A stretch of 64,000 bases of DNA, from NCBI GenBank assembly GCA_002269645.1, contig NIVC01000268.1, positions 469,647-533,646 on the forward strand, read 5' to 3'. The notes under the pieces were generated by a model. That model ran no database searches and was not told the origin of the DNA. It worked only from the letters and a program-made list of their open reading frames with translations. Below, one piece after another: positions 1-12,793 of the stretch. The translations under genes and the position numbers were made by a program. Numbering within the stretch: the stretch's first letter is position 1; each line of letters begins with the position of its first letter. Source of the DNA: Macrostomum lignano (lineage: Eukaryota).

Positions 1-205
1 GGCTTAAATCCGATTGCACAGATAACTGATGCTGCGGCTGCTGGTGACCGCTGCTGCCACTGGGATAACAGGGGCCTCGACTGGGCGGACAGGGACCTGC
101 CACTAGCGCCAATAAGCGGATTGGCGTCCGCTGCCGCCGCCGCCGCTCCTGCCGGTGGCTAGCAGGGCGATGCTGACCAATCCAGTCGGTATTAGATTTG
201 CAGTC
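1..205 (-). CDS. Probable further unc-80 exon, frame unresolved, runs off the window
   Basis: GC-rich with GCG/GCC triplet runs like the other exons, and an acceptor-like gtgcag| at 206. The open frame from this acceptor (DCKSNTDW...HQQPQHQLSVQSDLS) is phase 0, whereas exon 8 ends in phase 1. Confidence 0.4.
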
Positions 206-2156
206 CTGCACGTGCATATTCGTTTCATTAATTAATTTGTTCAACATTGTTTTGTTAGCGTTTGTTTTCTTCGTTGCCATTGTCCACGAAGCAATTGGAA
301 CAATCGCAGCTGTTAGTAAAAGGATTAGTATATATATTTTCGACGTAAAGCTTACAAATTATGGAAATGCATTTAAAGACCCAATCTCTTTTTAAAATGC
401 AATGGTGATGGTTGTGGAAAAATCTCTCTTTTTATTCTAAGTTGGCTGTTTTTTCAACTTTTCGGATTATCGAATAGCATTTGAAGCTATAGTACGAGCG
501 ATGCACTAAACCTGAGGTAGTTTCAAGCTATTATATACTCGTACGAACTTTGATTTATAGGAATTACTACTAAACACTATAAAAAATTTGCGAAATTCAA
601 GAAAAAATGTTGCTTCGATATTTTTTTCCAATGTATCTTTGTTTATAATTATCTCAATCAGCGGGTTAATTTCGTTTGAAGATTTTCTGCCTCAAGGAGT
701 GCCCACACACAAGCTCATGACCAAACCCGACAGCGGATGGGATGTTTCTGCGTTTTTAATCGGCTGGCCTGACAAGTTACTGATTGCAGTCTCAGTTTGG
801 TCGCTATACTTGGGCTCCATTCCAGCGCGTAAGTTGACTTCACTTTGAAATATTTTTTCACAAAAAAATCTGTACAACTCCTATCCCGTTAATGCATTGT
901 AAAGTGAAACTGGGTATTAAAATGAGTTTTCATGATTTTTATTGAAGCGTTACGTCGACTTAGCTACTACTTCAGTATGTCTTTACATTTCAGTGCCGCT
1001 GCTAAAACAAGATCAAGCATACGACCACCAAGTTGAACGATGGTTTCAATATTGAGACGCTTTGCGCTTGAGATATCACGAATTTTACATTATAACAAAA
1101 CGTATTGGCGTATTCGCTTAAAGGATTTTTAACAATTATTCTTCATCGAAACGTTTTCATAAATACGTGGAGTTAGCTAAAATTAACTCCTGAATGTGCA
1201 TAAACCATGCATGGTTGATTTGAATGACAAAAAATGAATGGAGTAGCTATTATGTAACATGAGCGACGAACTTCCAGAGAAGAACCAGGAAATTGAAACA
1301 ATTAGCGAGTAGAAGATATTTTTGTCTAAAAAGTACAATGGATATTATTTTTCGACAATATAAATTCTTCTCTTTGTTAGGTCTAAATTTGCATGTTCCC
1401 AAGCGCCAGCAGTGCGGTAGCTACAGACGAAAGCGGTGAGGACATGGTACTCGTGCCGAAACTACAGGTACAAGTATTTAGGTAGTGTTTATCACAAAGA
1501 CTACAACACCGGTAACGATAAGTGCCTGCAACCAGAGTAAAACCTTTGCGATCGGTTTTTCACCTGTTTGAATTAATATGGTTCAGATGTTTAAAGGAGC
1601 TTAAGTAATTAGCTTCTCAGTAAATAGTAGAGTAAAATTATTTAGCTCTAGTATTTCCACAACACGGAAATCACAATCTCGAAAGAATTGATACTTTTTG
1701 CGTCCTATTTGGCTTTTACTTCACTCAAATTGGTGCGTGGCCGTCAACATTAAACAGCAGAGATTTTAGAAGGACAAGCCACAGAAAGCCAAAGACAACT
1801 AGATATCAATTTGAATTTGAACTGCGAAAAATTTGAGCCACAGTTGGAAGGCATGGCTAAGAACGGCACGTAGAGGACCATACACTAAAATCAGTCTGGT
1901 GGACATGAGAGAGGACAGTGAATGCATGCGTGAATTACGAGTCGTATTTCGAGTTTGATGTTCGTCAATTAAAACTAATTGATAACAAAAAACCAAGTTG
2001 CCTGGTCTATGGTGAATCTGAACTCTGCTAGCTGGGCTCTTTGCAACGCACCAAATTGTACGTAGTAAAAACCAAATAGGAAGCAAAAAGGTATACTATT
2101 ACAACAAGCAAGCCAAGAAAGATTCAGGTCTAGCTGGGACTAGTATAGATTTTTTC

Positions 2157-2338
2157 ATGCTATCTCAGCCTATAGGCAAATGAAATCTCTACCAGCATTT
2201 GTTATCCATCTTTTTCGAGACACGAATATCCCAAGGTAGGTAGGGACACAGCTTTAAGAGCGATGCTCTATCAGCCTTGGACAAGCAACAATTGTAAATG
2301 AATGGCTAAGTTTGCTTGTCTCAGGCTGAAATAGCATG
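2157..2338. mobile_element. Small MITE-like element
   Basis: CATGCTATCTCAGCCT ... AGGCTGAAATAGCATG (16-bp inverted repeat, 1 mismatch); a third copy of the arm lies at 3223-3236. Confidence 0.4.
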
Positions 2339-2343
2339 GTTCC

Positions 2344-3060
2344 AGGGCCAATTTTACGAAGCACTGGTTAATAACCAGTGATAAAATACCACTGGTAGCC
2401 TACCCGTTACCAGTGCTGATAATTTCGATTTTACGAAGCACTGATAATTTTACGAATTAACTTTGGCGGTTAATCAATCAATGCGTAAAAATTATGAATG
2501 AAAACATTATTATATAAGCCCATATTTGGAAGTTGGCCCATAGACACTGAAGGAAACTGCGTTCCTATTTCTATCTCGCTGAGCTGAAAGATTAGCTGAC
2601 TGGCTACAGCTCTCTATTTCCTTGCGTTGATTCTTAAACTTAAAAGACAGGCTTAAGGCTCAAGCCTTCCTTTAAGCATGAATCCTTGAATGAATCAGCT
2701 TGGACCCACCCCCTCCACTCCCGCTCTCTCTTATCCACACCAGAGTGTACATTGACTAGGGCACGGGTGCGATCCGCCGCCCCAATTGTTGAAACGTGTC
2801 AAAGCACATTCTAAAGCGCTGAACAAAGTCGCCATCGTTGTCCGTGGATGCTCTATCAATATAAACACGACGAGACCGGCGTCGTTCGACACCGACATCC
2901 CACAATTGGAGCAGATCCATGCTCAGAATGCTAGTCTGCAATTAGTATAGTTGGCTTTGATCCTGCTTCGAGGGTGGATTAAAATTTGCTTGATTTTATC
3001 AATAATTTCTTACGCTCGTACCAGTGGTAGACTTATAAAGAGCTTCGTAAAATTGGATTC
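2344..3060. mobile_element. Non-autonomous DNA transposon remnant (PIF/Harbinger-like) in an unc-80 intron
   Basis: Perfect 15-bp inverted repeat CCAATTTTACGAAGC (2348-2362 / 3042-3056) plus an inner TACCACTGG inverted match. The internal minus-strand ORF 2756-2941 reads DFVQRFRMCFDTFQQLGRRIAP, resembling the N-terminal motif of Harbinger nucleases. Confidence 0.5.
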
Positions 3061-4294
3061 AGCACATTTGCTACACAAAAATTGACTATGGACATCGATG
3101 ATTGATGAATGGTAAAAAACAGCGCCTTGTAAAATAGAGATAGAAAAATACCACTGGTTCGCTGGTAATTACAATACCAGCTCTATGGGCATAGATTTTA
3201 GTCCCCGGCCTTTTTATATCCCTAGGCTGAGATAGCTTGACGAAAGCTATACTAATCGAAACAACACAGAGAGAACAACAAAAAAATTAGTAAAAATACA
3301 TCCCGAAACAAATGCAATCTATTTGAGAATATTCTTCAAAGTTTAAATCCTTTAGTGATTTTTTAGTCAAATATTAACGCAGATTTTTAACAATTTTAGC
3401 AGGCTAGGCTATATTTAGCTTTCACTAGCAAAAAATATTGTTTGAAGATGCCGACAATGAAAATACGGTTGCATTTGTCTTTTATGAACTGGAAGCATAC
3501 AGCACACAACGCGGAAACAGGCAGAGAATTAGACATAGCAAACGGTAAATCAGGCTATGTAGCTTGTAGTGTGCAAGTTCACTCGACATTAAGGCAACTA
3601 ACTAAGTAGCTATGAACTACATGTGCATAAAAATCACAACAAAACAAATAGTTAGTAAGTGCATAGCGCCTGGGAAGCATGATTACTCGCACTTAGCGTA
3701 GCCTAAGAATACGAGCTTAGCTTAAACTTAGCTTAGCTTTTATCTCGGTCCTAATTACGAAGTATAACCTAAATTATTCGACTCAAATACCTTAAAGGAG
3801 GTAATAGCTAACCGGGGCAAAACATTTGCACGTAAAATACAAACATCTAAGGGCGTTAATACAATTGCATTTTAACATGACTTAAGCGGTATAAACGGCA
3901 ATTTACGAGTTTTTAGAAAATCATACTAGATTTTTTCTGTTTTCAGGCGTCCTTGTTGATTATATAGTTCTCTAAAGCTTATCAAAAACTACGTTTAAGG
4001 ACGCTTGAAAACTACGAGTTAAAAAGCCGGCACCGAATATTTAAAAGTAAAACACACATTTTTATTAAATGCGATATCGGTAAGTAAGCAAGGTCAGTAA
4101 GACAAGGGAATAAAGCTAAGTTAATACGTACGATATAATCCATAATAAACAACCAAGCATCCACAAGCATCCAATTAACTTCGATTTGTTATATTCAAAC
4201 AAGCACCAAGTTGAAACCAAACTAGAAATAATGCGGACGGGCGCGCATGCACTATTTATTATGCTTCTAATAAATTTTCCCAATTAAAACTCAC

Positions 4295-4606
4295 CTCGCC
4301 GATCGGGTCCGCTAGGCGATATCAGATGCTGACTATCCTCAATGTTGTCTAAGCTGGTTACGGAACTGTGAGTCGGACTTCGAGACTCGTGACCGCCGCC
4401 GCCGCCGCCGCCAGCAGCCGCCGTCGCGGAGGAGGCAACTGGTGCCACCGTCGGATGTGCGGCTGTGCCGCTGGCGTGCGAATGCGACGAAGCGGCCGGT
4501 GGCACGGCGAAACTGATTCGCCGAGGACCGGCCACGGCTGCCGCACTACTGACCGTGTGTCCGGCCGCCTGATGGCCACTGGTCGAGTGCACTGCCGACG
4601 GCAGCT
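4295..4606 (-). CDS. unc-80: UNC-80 exon 8
   Basis: Acceptor tccttgcag|, contains RRISFAV (cf. RKISFAG), donor G|GTGAGT; phase 1 to 1. Confidence 0.82.
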
Positions 4607-5066
4607 CTGCAAGGATAGTTGAAGGAAGCGGACACTATGCTGAAGATCGACTACTGATGATTGTTTGCTCCAATTGCTGTGAAATTGAAACTAGATTACC
4701 TGAAATTCTTGGATACTTGCACACAATTTCTATAGTCGGTTTGACCGGTTTCTTTTACAAGCTCTGAATTGTTTTTCTAGCGGATGCAAGACTTGCGAAG
4801 TTCGAAGTTGCGAAGCTCGAAGTAATACTTCAAGCTTGAGAAAGATTTTGTTCTTTTGATAATGAGAAATTTTGAGCTGATGAAACTAAAAAAGTAGATC
4901 TTTTAATAGTAATTTTATTTTTACTACGTAAATCCTATTTTAAAAAAAGAATTATCAACTATTTTACGCAAATTTTTATCGATCGAATCTTGACGTCTTG
5001 GCTTAACAGTTTTACCCGTGTCTACAATCTAAATTGATTGATTTGCAAATTAGGTTAGAAACGAAC

Positions 5067-5330
5067 CTTCACTGGCGAACTCTTGCACATTGGATCCAAC
5101 GGAAGACGTTGGCTCATCAGATATAGGACTGCTGGCTACCGGCAGTTTCTCCCAGATTCCGCCGCCGCCGGCGCCGCCACCGCCGCGACCGCCGCGATTA
5201 GACGACACGGACTTTGGCTTGGGCAGGTTCGGGAACACGTCGCGTAGGAAACGAGTGATCTCTAGCAGCAGGGTGACTGCCACCGCTTTGAGAGCGTGAG
5301 GACAGGCGTCGCCAGATTCGTTCACAGTTG
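5067..5330 (-). CDS. unc-80: UNC-80 exon 7
   Basis: STVNESGDACPHALKAVAVTLLLEITRFLRDVF (human STVNPSKCGCPFALKMAACQLLLEITTFLRETF); phase 1 to 1. Confidence 0.92.
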
Positions 5331-5476
5331 CTGATTAAATTTAAGGGATTAGGATTTGGTTGGCCGATATTGAGCATTAACTGGAGACGGCTATTAGTAG
5401 GAGAACTGAAACTTCTCATTTTAGTTCTATATTAATTAGCTAAAACCTTGCAGATTTGGTGCCCCTTGCAGCAGCC

Positions 5477-5718
5477 TTGGCGCCTCAAGTAGCTTTGGCG
5501 CCCCAATTGCAGTAGCTTTGGCGCCTCAAGTAGCTTTGGCGCCCCAATTGCAGTAGCTTTGGCGCCCCAATTGCAGTAGCTTTGGCGCCCCAATTGCAGT
5601 AGCTTTGGCGCCCTAATTAGCTTTGGTGCCCCAATTGCAGTAGCTTTGGCGCCCCAATTGCAGTAGCTTTGGCGCCCCAATTGCAGTAGCTTTGGCGCCC
5701 CAATTAGCTTTGGCGCCC
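5477..5718. repeat. 23-bp minisatellite in an unc-80 intron
   Basis: Unit CCCCAATTGCAGTAGCTTTGGCG, about 10 copies with shorter variants. Confidence 0.95.
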
Positions 5719-5933
5719 TTAATGATAGCGCCCAGTTAAATTATTTGTCACCCTCCCTCAAAGACATACGCTTTCCCAAAAAAATTATGACTAGACTAAT
5801 AAATCGTGAATAGGTATCAGAGGCTAGCAGTGTTCATCTTATCCATGTAATTTTGCTAAAAAAATACATCTGAACTGATGTCTAGAATACAAATGACTCG
5901 TACAGTAGTTTTACTACATACTAAGTGGCTCAC

Positions 5934-6672
5934 AATCAACCAAAAAGTTTTCCATTTCGTCCTCCCGTTGCAAGGCCCTCCGTCGGGCGTCGTCTTGGAC
6001 TTCTTGCACTGAGCCGAACCGATCGGTGGCCACTTCAATTTTAAGAAAATACTCCAACCGACTGCCAAGAGTTTCCGCCCAAGCGTGGAACAAATGACCG
6101 GCCATTCTTTGCATAGCCATCGTTCGCTTCGGTTTGCAGCCGGGACCCCAGGAGCGCATCCAGGTTGGCCAATCGCCTTTACCGCAGCGTTGAACAAAAT
6201 TTGCGCACTCCAACAAGACGCAGGCTCTAGCCACAACTGGAGCTTCTAGATCTAGCATAGCCGCTACTAGCTGAGGCTCCGGCACCACGCCTGGATGGCA
6301 CGAGTCCAACAGGAAGCGGAACAACGACATGCCGCTGTGCAACAATTGACAATTGATTATTCGACGCTGGCGCATAACGGAAGCGCCGGCACCGCCGCCA
6401 GGGCCGCCCATGCCGGCCGATTGCAGTGAGGCGTCCGCCGATAGCACGCCTGGTGGCAGCTCGTCGAAGCTGCGCTCGCGTTTCAGCATCGATCGACGAA
6501 CTCGATCACGTATGGTCTCTTCTAGGCGCTTCTTAGCCGTTAGGAAGTTTAGTGTGGCCTGACCGGCCGCTCGGAAGCTCATTTTCTTGCGCTGTTGGGG
6601 GAAGCGAAGCAAATAAGGAAGTGAGCGCGCGGTGATGTTAGTTACATGTAGTTTGTAGGGGGGCTTTGGGCA
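5934..6672 (-). CDS. unc-80: UNC-80 exon 6
   Basis: FRFLLDSCHPGVVPEPQLVAAMLDLEAPVVARACVLLECANFVQRCGKGDWPTWM is a conserved UNC-80 block; donor T|GTGAGC. The acceptor choice (tttggcag| at 6673) is less certain. Confidence 0.92.
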
Positions 6673-7080
6673 CTGCCAAAGGCGCAAACACAGGCTAACA
6701 CAGTTGATCTGACTTTCAAATCATCAGGCATGTACACTCTCAGTGCCTCAGACGTTGGTGATAATTGTACGACAAGTCCAATGTGAATTTTTGTGCACAA
6801 GCCAGGGCACGTTAACCACTGAGCTAGCCTGTTTTTCGCCTAAAATATCCAAGTTTATCCAGGTAAGTTAGATTGATCGGAATAACGCACTAACCCATTA
6901 CCGCCAGAAGTGACTAATTCACAGTTAAATATTGGCTAAATTTAGTGCGCTTTTCAATTTGAGCTGCTTTTGCATGCCCGAGGCTTCAAACTCTCCGAAT
7001 CTCACACCATCAAAAAGTCACTTCCGCTAACTTAAAACCTCACTGTTGCCATGATGTGCAATTTTTTAACAAATGAGCAC

Positions 7081-7590
7081 CTGATTTTGCTTGTCTGAAT
7101 CGTCATCGGTGTCCGATTTGAAGCCTTTCCTGCGATGCGACGGCACTCCGCCGCTGCCGCCCCGGCGTCGACACGGCGACTCCTCAGCGTCGGAGCTGCC
7201 AGGCGATCCTAGACGATCGTTAAGGCCTTCGCTATCGCTGGTGGTGGCAGCCGCTGTAAAAAACGGCGACAGGCTGCGTCGATCGCATCGACCGCCGCGT
7301 TGAGCTGCTCCTCGTTGAGCAGCGCCGCGATGGCTTTCGCTAGTGACGCTAGGCGCCCTCGACGTTGGTGACTTTGTAGCGGCAGTCTCGCCGCCATCCG
7401 AGTTGTCGCTAGCAACGGAGACGCGCGAGGGTCGGTCAACGTTACCGGCGGCGGCACCGTTCGAGTCGCGTCGATTTTTACGACGCCGCTGGATGCAGTC
7501 GAGCAGGCCGGTGAGCAGAGTTCGACGAAACGTGCAGCCATGCACTTCGCGCAGATAGTTTAACAAATTTCTCACGTCCGAATAGAGAGG
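7081..7590 (-). CDS. unc-80: UNC-80 exon 5
   Basis: Acceptor ttttttcag|; PLYSDVRNLLNYLREVHGCTFRRTLLTGLLD resembles UNC-80; donor CAG|GTGCTC. Confidence 0.9.
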
Positions 7591-7849
7591 CTGAAAAAAT
7601 GCAATGGGAACTTTAAAAAAATTATCCAAGATGCTATCATAAAAATGCCCTGGTTACTACTTGGTAGATCTAGGTAATGTTGCTAAATTTCGCTCTAAGA
7701 ACCCTGGGTTTGATTCGATAAGAAATTTAAGAGTCCCTGTATACAATGTGTAAGCGTGTGTATGCATGCTCAGAGGTCAGTTGAGTGGTCTGCCAACTTA
7801 AGCCTTGTTCAAACTAAGTTGCCAAAACTTAGTTTGAACTGAAGCTTAC

Positions 7850-8255
7850 CATATTCTCTTGGGAGGCCAGTTCCTTTCTGTAGGTCACAAACTTGGCTAG
7901 CAGAGGGCGCAGTAGGCTGGCAATGACGATGCCCTCGCTGCCCCGGGTGCCTTCGCCGTCGGCTACCTGACCAAAATTTGTACCGTAAGAATTCTTCTGC
8001 TCGTGATGCGCGCCCGGTTTAGGCGACGTGTGCACAGCCGGATCCATGCAGAATCCGGTGAAGGCGTGAAGAATGTCGACTAATTCTTGCATTGAATTGC
8101 CGGCGACCAGCTGCTCAAGGTAGGCTCTAAACGCGACTGGATTATACTGCTTAAGTTTGCTTAGGCAAGCGTGAATCTGGGCGCGAACTATGTCAGCCTC
8201 GCTGCCAGTGTACGAGTCCATGCAGCCGTGGGTGCAGCCGATGCACTTGATCACC
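7850..8255 (-). CDS. unc-80: UNC-80 exon 4
   Basis: Joins to give MDTLIR-VIKCIGCTHGC...LVDILHAFTGFCMDP (human LIKIVKSLGCAYGC...VVDFLHALLGFCMEP); donor ATG|GTAAGC. Confidence 0.93.
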
Positions 8256-9144
8256 CTGCCAAATTTTGGTTAGAGGAGCATTACCAAATTAGGCAAGGGT
8301 AGCTCGCAATGCGATTAGCAGAACAATAATACTCATAGACCCATAACCAAACTGTGCCCACAAAGATGAGTCGATAAGTTTGATTATATTTGGATACCTT
8401 ACTGCATATCTAACTAAATTTACTAAGATATTTTCTGAATCGCAGATATCGTAAATTTATTGGATTTACTTTGTTTTTATGTAATCTAGTATTTTAGATA
8501 TAAGCTCCAAACATGCATTATTTGTCTTGTTCTTTCACATTTCGACAACGCAACGGAACACATCGATCCACGTATGTTAATTATCAAGTTTCACACTAAT
8601 CAATAAAGCCACATGTAATGAAATTTCTATATATTCCCATTACCCAAGCAGCTAGGGACGTTTGTCTTGAAACCAGTGTTGGTAAGTCACGAATAAGCGG
8701 AGAGGTCAAGAGCCCCAGCTAGTGGGTGATAGATAAACAAAAGCATTTTTTTCATTATCTTGACACTACTGGATAGAAATTTTTTTCTCGGAAAATGGAA
8801 GACTGACTGAATAAATAACCCGGCGGTTTCCATCAGTCTTATTAATAAACGAATCCCAAATGCTTCAGCTAACAATGGTCCCTCCCTTATGCATGAAAAG
8901 TGTACATGAATACGAATTCCGTTCATCACAATGATCAATCTCTAAACATTGATTTTGATTTCAGCCATAACGGCACTAATCCGCATCAAACAACACTGGA
9001 CAGCGCAGGCAAGCTTTACACACACGCATGCATTAGTCAGTTTATAAAGGTGTATATTACAGATAGGCCAATAGTTGGTTAGAACGCATATTGGGGGAAA
9101 GAGGGGGATCGGGATACGAGCCTCAAAATTCTGATAGAATATGG

Positions 9145-9211
<67 letters not shown>
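9145..9211. repeat. (GA)n microsatellite
   Basis: Direct read; a second tract lies at 10437-10470. Confidence 0.97.
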
Positions 9212-9214
<3 letters not shown>

Positions 9215-10433
9215 GATGCGATAGGGGGAGGGAGCTAAGCGTAGGGCAGCCGAATCTGGGGAAGACGAAATAGAGGAGTTAAAAAGGAAATGACCAACCT
9301 AAACCCTAAAAGCGAGGGCCAGACACAAGTTCAGTGCACATATAAGACAGGAGAGAGAGAGGGAGAGAGAGAGACGTGATGCCTGAGGACTGCCGTCGGT
9401 GTGTGGGCAGCTGATGGAGAGGGATTTGGGGATAGCTAGGAAGCTGGGCCGAGGTGCCTCGCGCCCTGTCTCCGCCACGCCTCGGTCCTCCCTTCTCAGT
9501 GCGCATTAGACTATCGAATAGGGCGGGGGAGCGGCTGGGATCGGATGGGGTTGGTGCGGGGCTCGCTTCTGCAGGATTTAGGCTTAGCTAAAGCCCGTCG
9601 TCCGGGCTTCGGTCCCGTTTGGTGCACTTCTTTTGCGCGTGTTCAACTTCATTGGAAGAGATTCCTGCGGCGGAAACTTTGGAAATGGGGGGGGGAGCGA
9701 GAAGAGGGAATGAGGGAGAAGGGGTGCAGTGGAGGAAAGAGAGAGATAGATAGAAAAAGAACGAAAGGCAAATAGTGGAAGAGAATGAATGAATGAAAGA
9801 GAGGAATGAGGAATAAGACGGGAACACACCGCAGGATTAAACGGGAATTCAGCGAATCGAGATGGAAAATTCCAATTCGCGAAAGTTTATTAATAATATA
9901 ATCCGATTTAATTGCCTGAGCCTATATCCGACTTCTCGTATAATCTAAAATAGACGATATTTTTTACGCAAACTAAGCATCGACTAAGGTGTCTGCGGTT
10001 TGATTTCTAGAAAACATTAGTAAAATATGATCCTGTAGTAACACTTTATTCTAATAGAAATAAACTGAAAACACAGCAGAGAAAGATAAGCTGACAGAAA
10101 GTGAACAAAATGAAATAATCGGAGTTAGTACCGCGGGACTCAGTATGCCGAATAGATGGAGTACTCTTTTAGCCTCGCAGGCCCAATCCCTCTCCTGTGG
10201 GCCGCACTCACCTCTCCTTTCCCGATATTTCCCCCCCCCAGCTCTCGAACTCCCAATCCCCCCCCCCCTAGTTCGCTCCCGTGGAGCCAGCAGAGTGTAG
10301 ACTAAAGACAAGGAAAACAGGGAGGAGAGAAGAGGCCTGGGGGGGGGGGAAGCAGCAGAGAACCCGCCTGCTCAGGCGGGCCCAGCACCCCAACTCTCTT
10401 CTACACCAGTGCAAGGATAAGAAAATGTCGCAG

Positions 10434-10476
<43 letters not shown>

Positions 10477-11174
10477 ATCGGGATACGAACCACAGGCAGA
10501 GTTTGGCTCTCAAAGTACAATATACCAATCCTAGACCTCCCCAATTCCCAGCAAAGTCACCGACTGTTCCAAATTCTCTAGTCCGCTGACGCCGTTTTGT
10601 CTCGATTGCCCTGCCTCAACCCACCCCCCATCTTCGCTCCCTTTGGCCTACTAAAGGAACTTCCAATCGAAGCTCAACCCTTATCCACCAGCTCTTGACT
10701 CTCTCTCTCTCTCTTTCGCCTCATTGAGAGGGACTTTTTCCAACCCAAGAAAGTCGAAAAGCAAACCTCCAACCAAAAAACGCCTCCAGTAGAAAGTCAA
10801 GAAGGAGGATGGGGTTGGGGAAGATGGCGGAGGGCCGCTAGGGTTATGGAGTGGTGCCCGAGTAGAAAAGGTGTAGAATGGTGTTGGGAAGAGAAAGACA
10901 GGGAGACGGGATAGAATGGGAAAGATGAAGAAATTGAGCTGCCAGATAAACTGTTTGATTTATTATCTTCCAGTGTCCGACTGGCCGATTCTCTTGACAT
11001 AAAAGTCCTCCATCGTCTTCTGTTTACTATGGAATCTAGGATTGGGGGGATTCTTTGATTTTCAAACGAAGGCCTTCAGAGTTTCAAGCAGAGTTCGAGA
11101 GACTATTTAAACATATTTTTTGCGTAGAAAATTGCTTAGTTTCTAGTAACTAGTAACTAGTTTCTAGTTGGACA

Positions 11175-11481
11175 ATTAGATAGCCTGGTGGTTAGAGTGC
11201 CGGACTCATGACTGAAAGGTCGGGGGTTCGATTCCCCAACCCACTGGAAAAATAAAAGTGTCTTGAGCAAGACACTTAACTCTGCATTGCTTCAGTTCAC
11301 CCAGCTGTAAAATGGGTGCCAGACAGCATTAGCTGGGGTAATTGAGGGTGTATGGCGACCCCCAGTCCATAGACTGAACAGCCGTACGCAGCCTTCAGAT
11401 GCGCCGCGCAATAGCTGCGGCTGAGCTGTCGGTTGCACACCTGTCTATAAGGGCAAAGTGTAATCAGTTATTACTATTATC
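11175..11481 (+). mobile_element. tRNA-derived SINE with a CORE/Meta-like central domain, copy 1
   Basis: A-box-like TAGCCTGGTGGTTAGAG and B-box GGTTCGATTCC (11225-11235), then GTGTCTTGAGCAAGACACTTAAC...TCAGTT...CTGTAAAATGGG (11258-11317), and a TTA/CTA-rich tail. Possible AGTTGGACA TSD at 11166-11174 / 11482-11490. Confidence 0.85.
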
Positions 11482-12124
11482 AGTTGGACAGAATGACATT
11501 CCTGAACTCAGTGGCACATGCTTCCACTAAGTCGAATAGTTAAACAGACCGGACTTACTTCAACTCAGTTGGACAGAATGACATGTTTGAAGGCAGTCAG
11601 TCAGAATGACACACGGTTGTTATTACAAAGCATTTTCTTCGAAGTCAGACATATAGGCATAAGATATCTACCAGAAAAAGACCAATACACTTGGAACTTC
11701 ATTCCCTACACACTCAAGGTAATCGGCAGTCAAAAAGAAAGGATTAATCCAACACATGGAAGCAAATTCAGCAAAAAACGAAGCGAGAGCCACAGAACCG
11801 GGGGCGGGGGGTCGGGAACAGGGTATTGAAAATCGATGCGCATTTTAGTCGACATCGTTTTTAATCCCCCTAACTAGAGAGCTGCATGCCAACAAGCTGG
11901 AGATAATGACTACAGCAGAAGGAAATATTCCACAGAGAATTCAGCGATGATTAAATCGTTTTTGTTTCGTTCGGGCCTGAACGATGCAAGATAATTACAC
12001 AGCCCCGTCTGCTACATTACGGCCATGTTTTGCATTTATATGGCATAAGTAACGGCATTTAACTCCCGATGGGAGGTGAATTTTTGCACAAAATGAGACT
12101 CAAGCATGGCGTCGCTTCTAAATT

Positions 12125-12793
<669 letters not shown>

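Noticed and set aside
980-1880. Plus-strand exon-like pieces (MSDELPEK..., MFPSASSA..., AEILEGQA...) as a nested gene
   Set aside because: The splice combinations I tried hit stops, and no family was recognised.
8687-8938. 83-aa minus-strand ORF as an unc-80 exon
   Set aside because: Exon 3 joins exon 4 in phase and reproduces the conserved LIR-VIKCIGC junction without it; no similarity seen.
11180-11250. Possible tRNA gene
   Set aside because: A and B boxes are present, but there is no complete acceptor stem and the sequence continues into a SINE body with a second copy at 28.3 kb.
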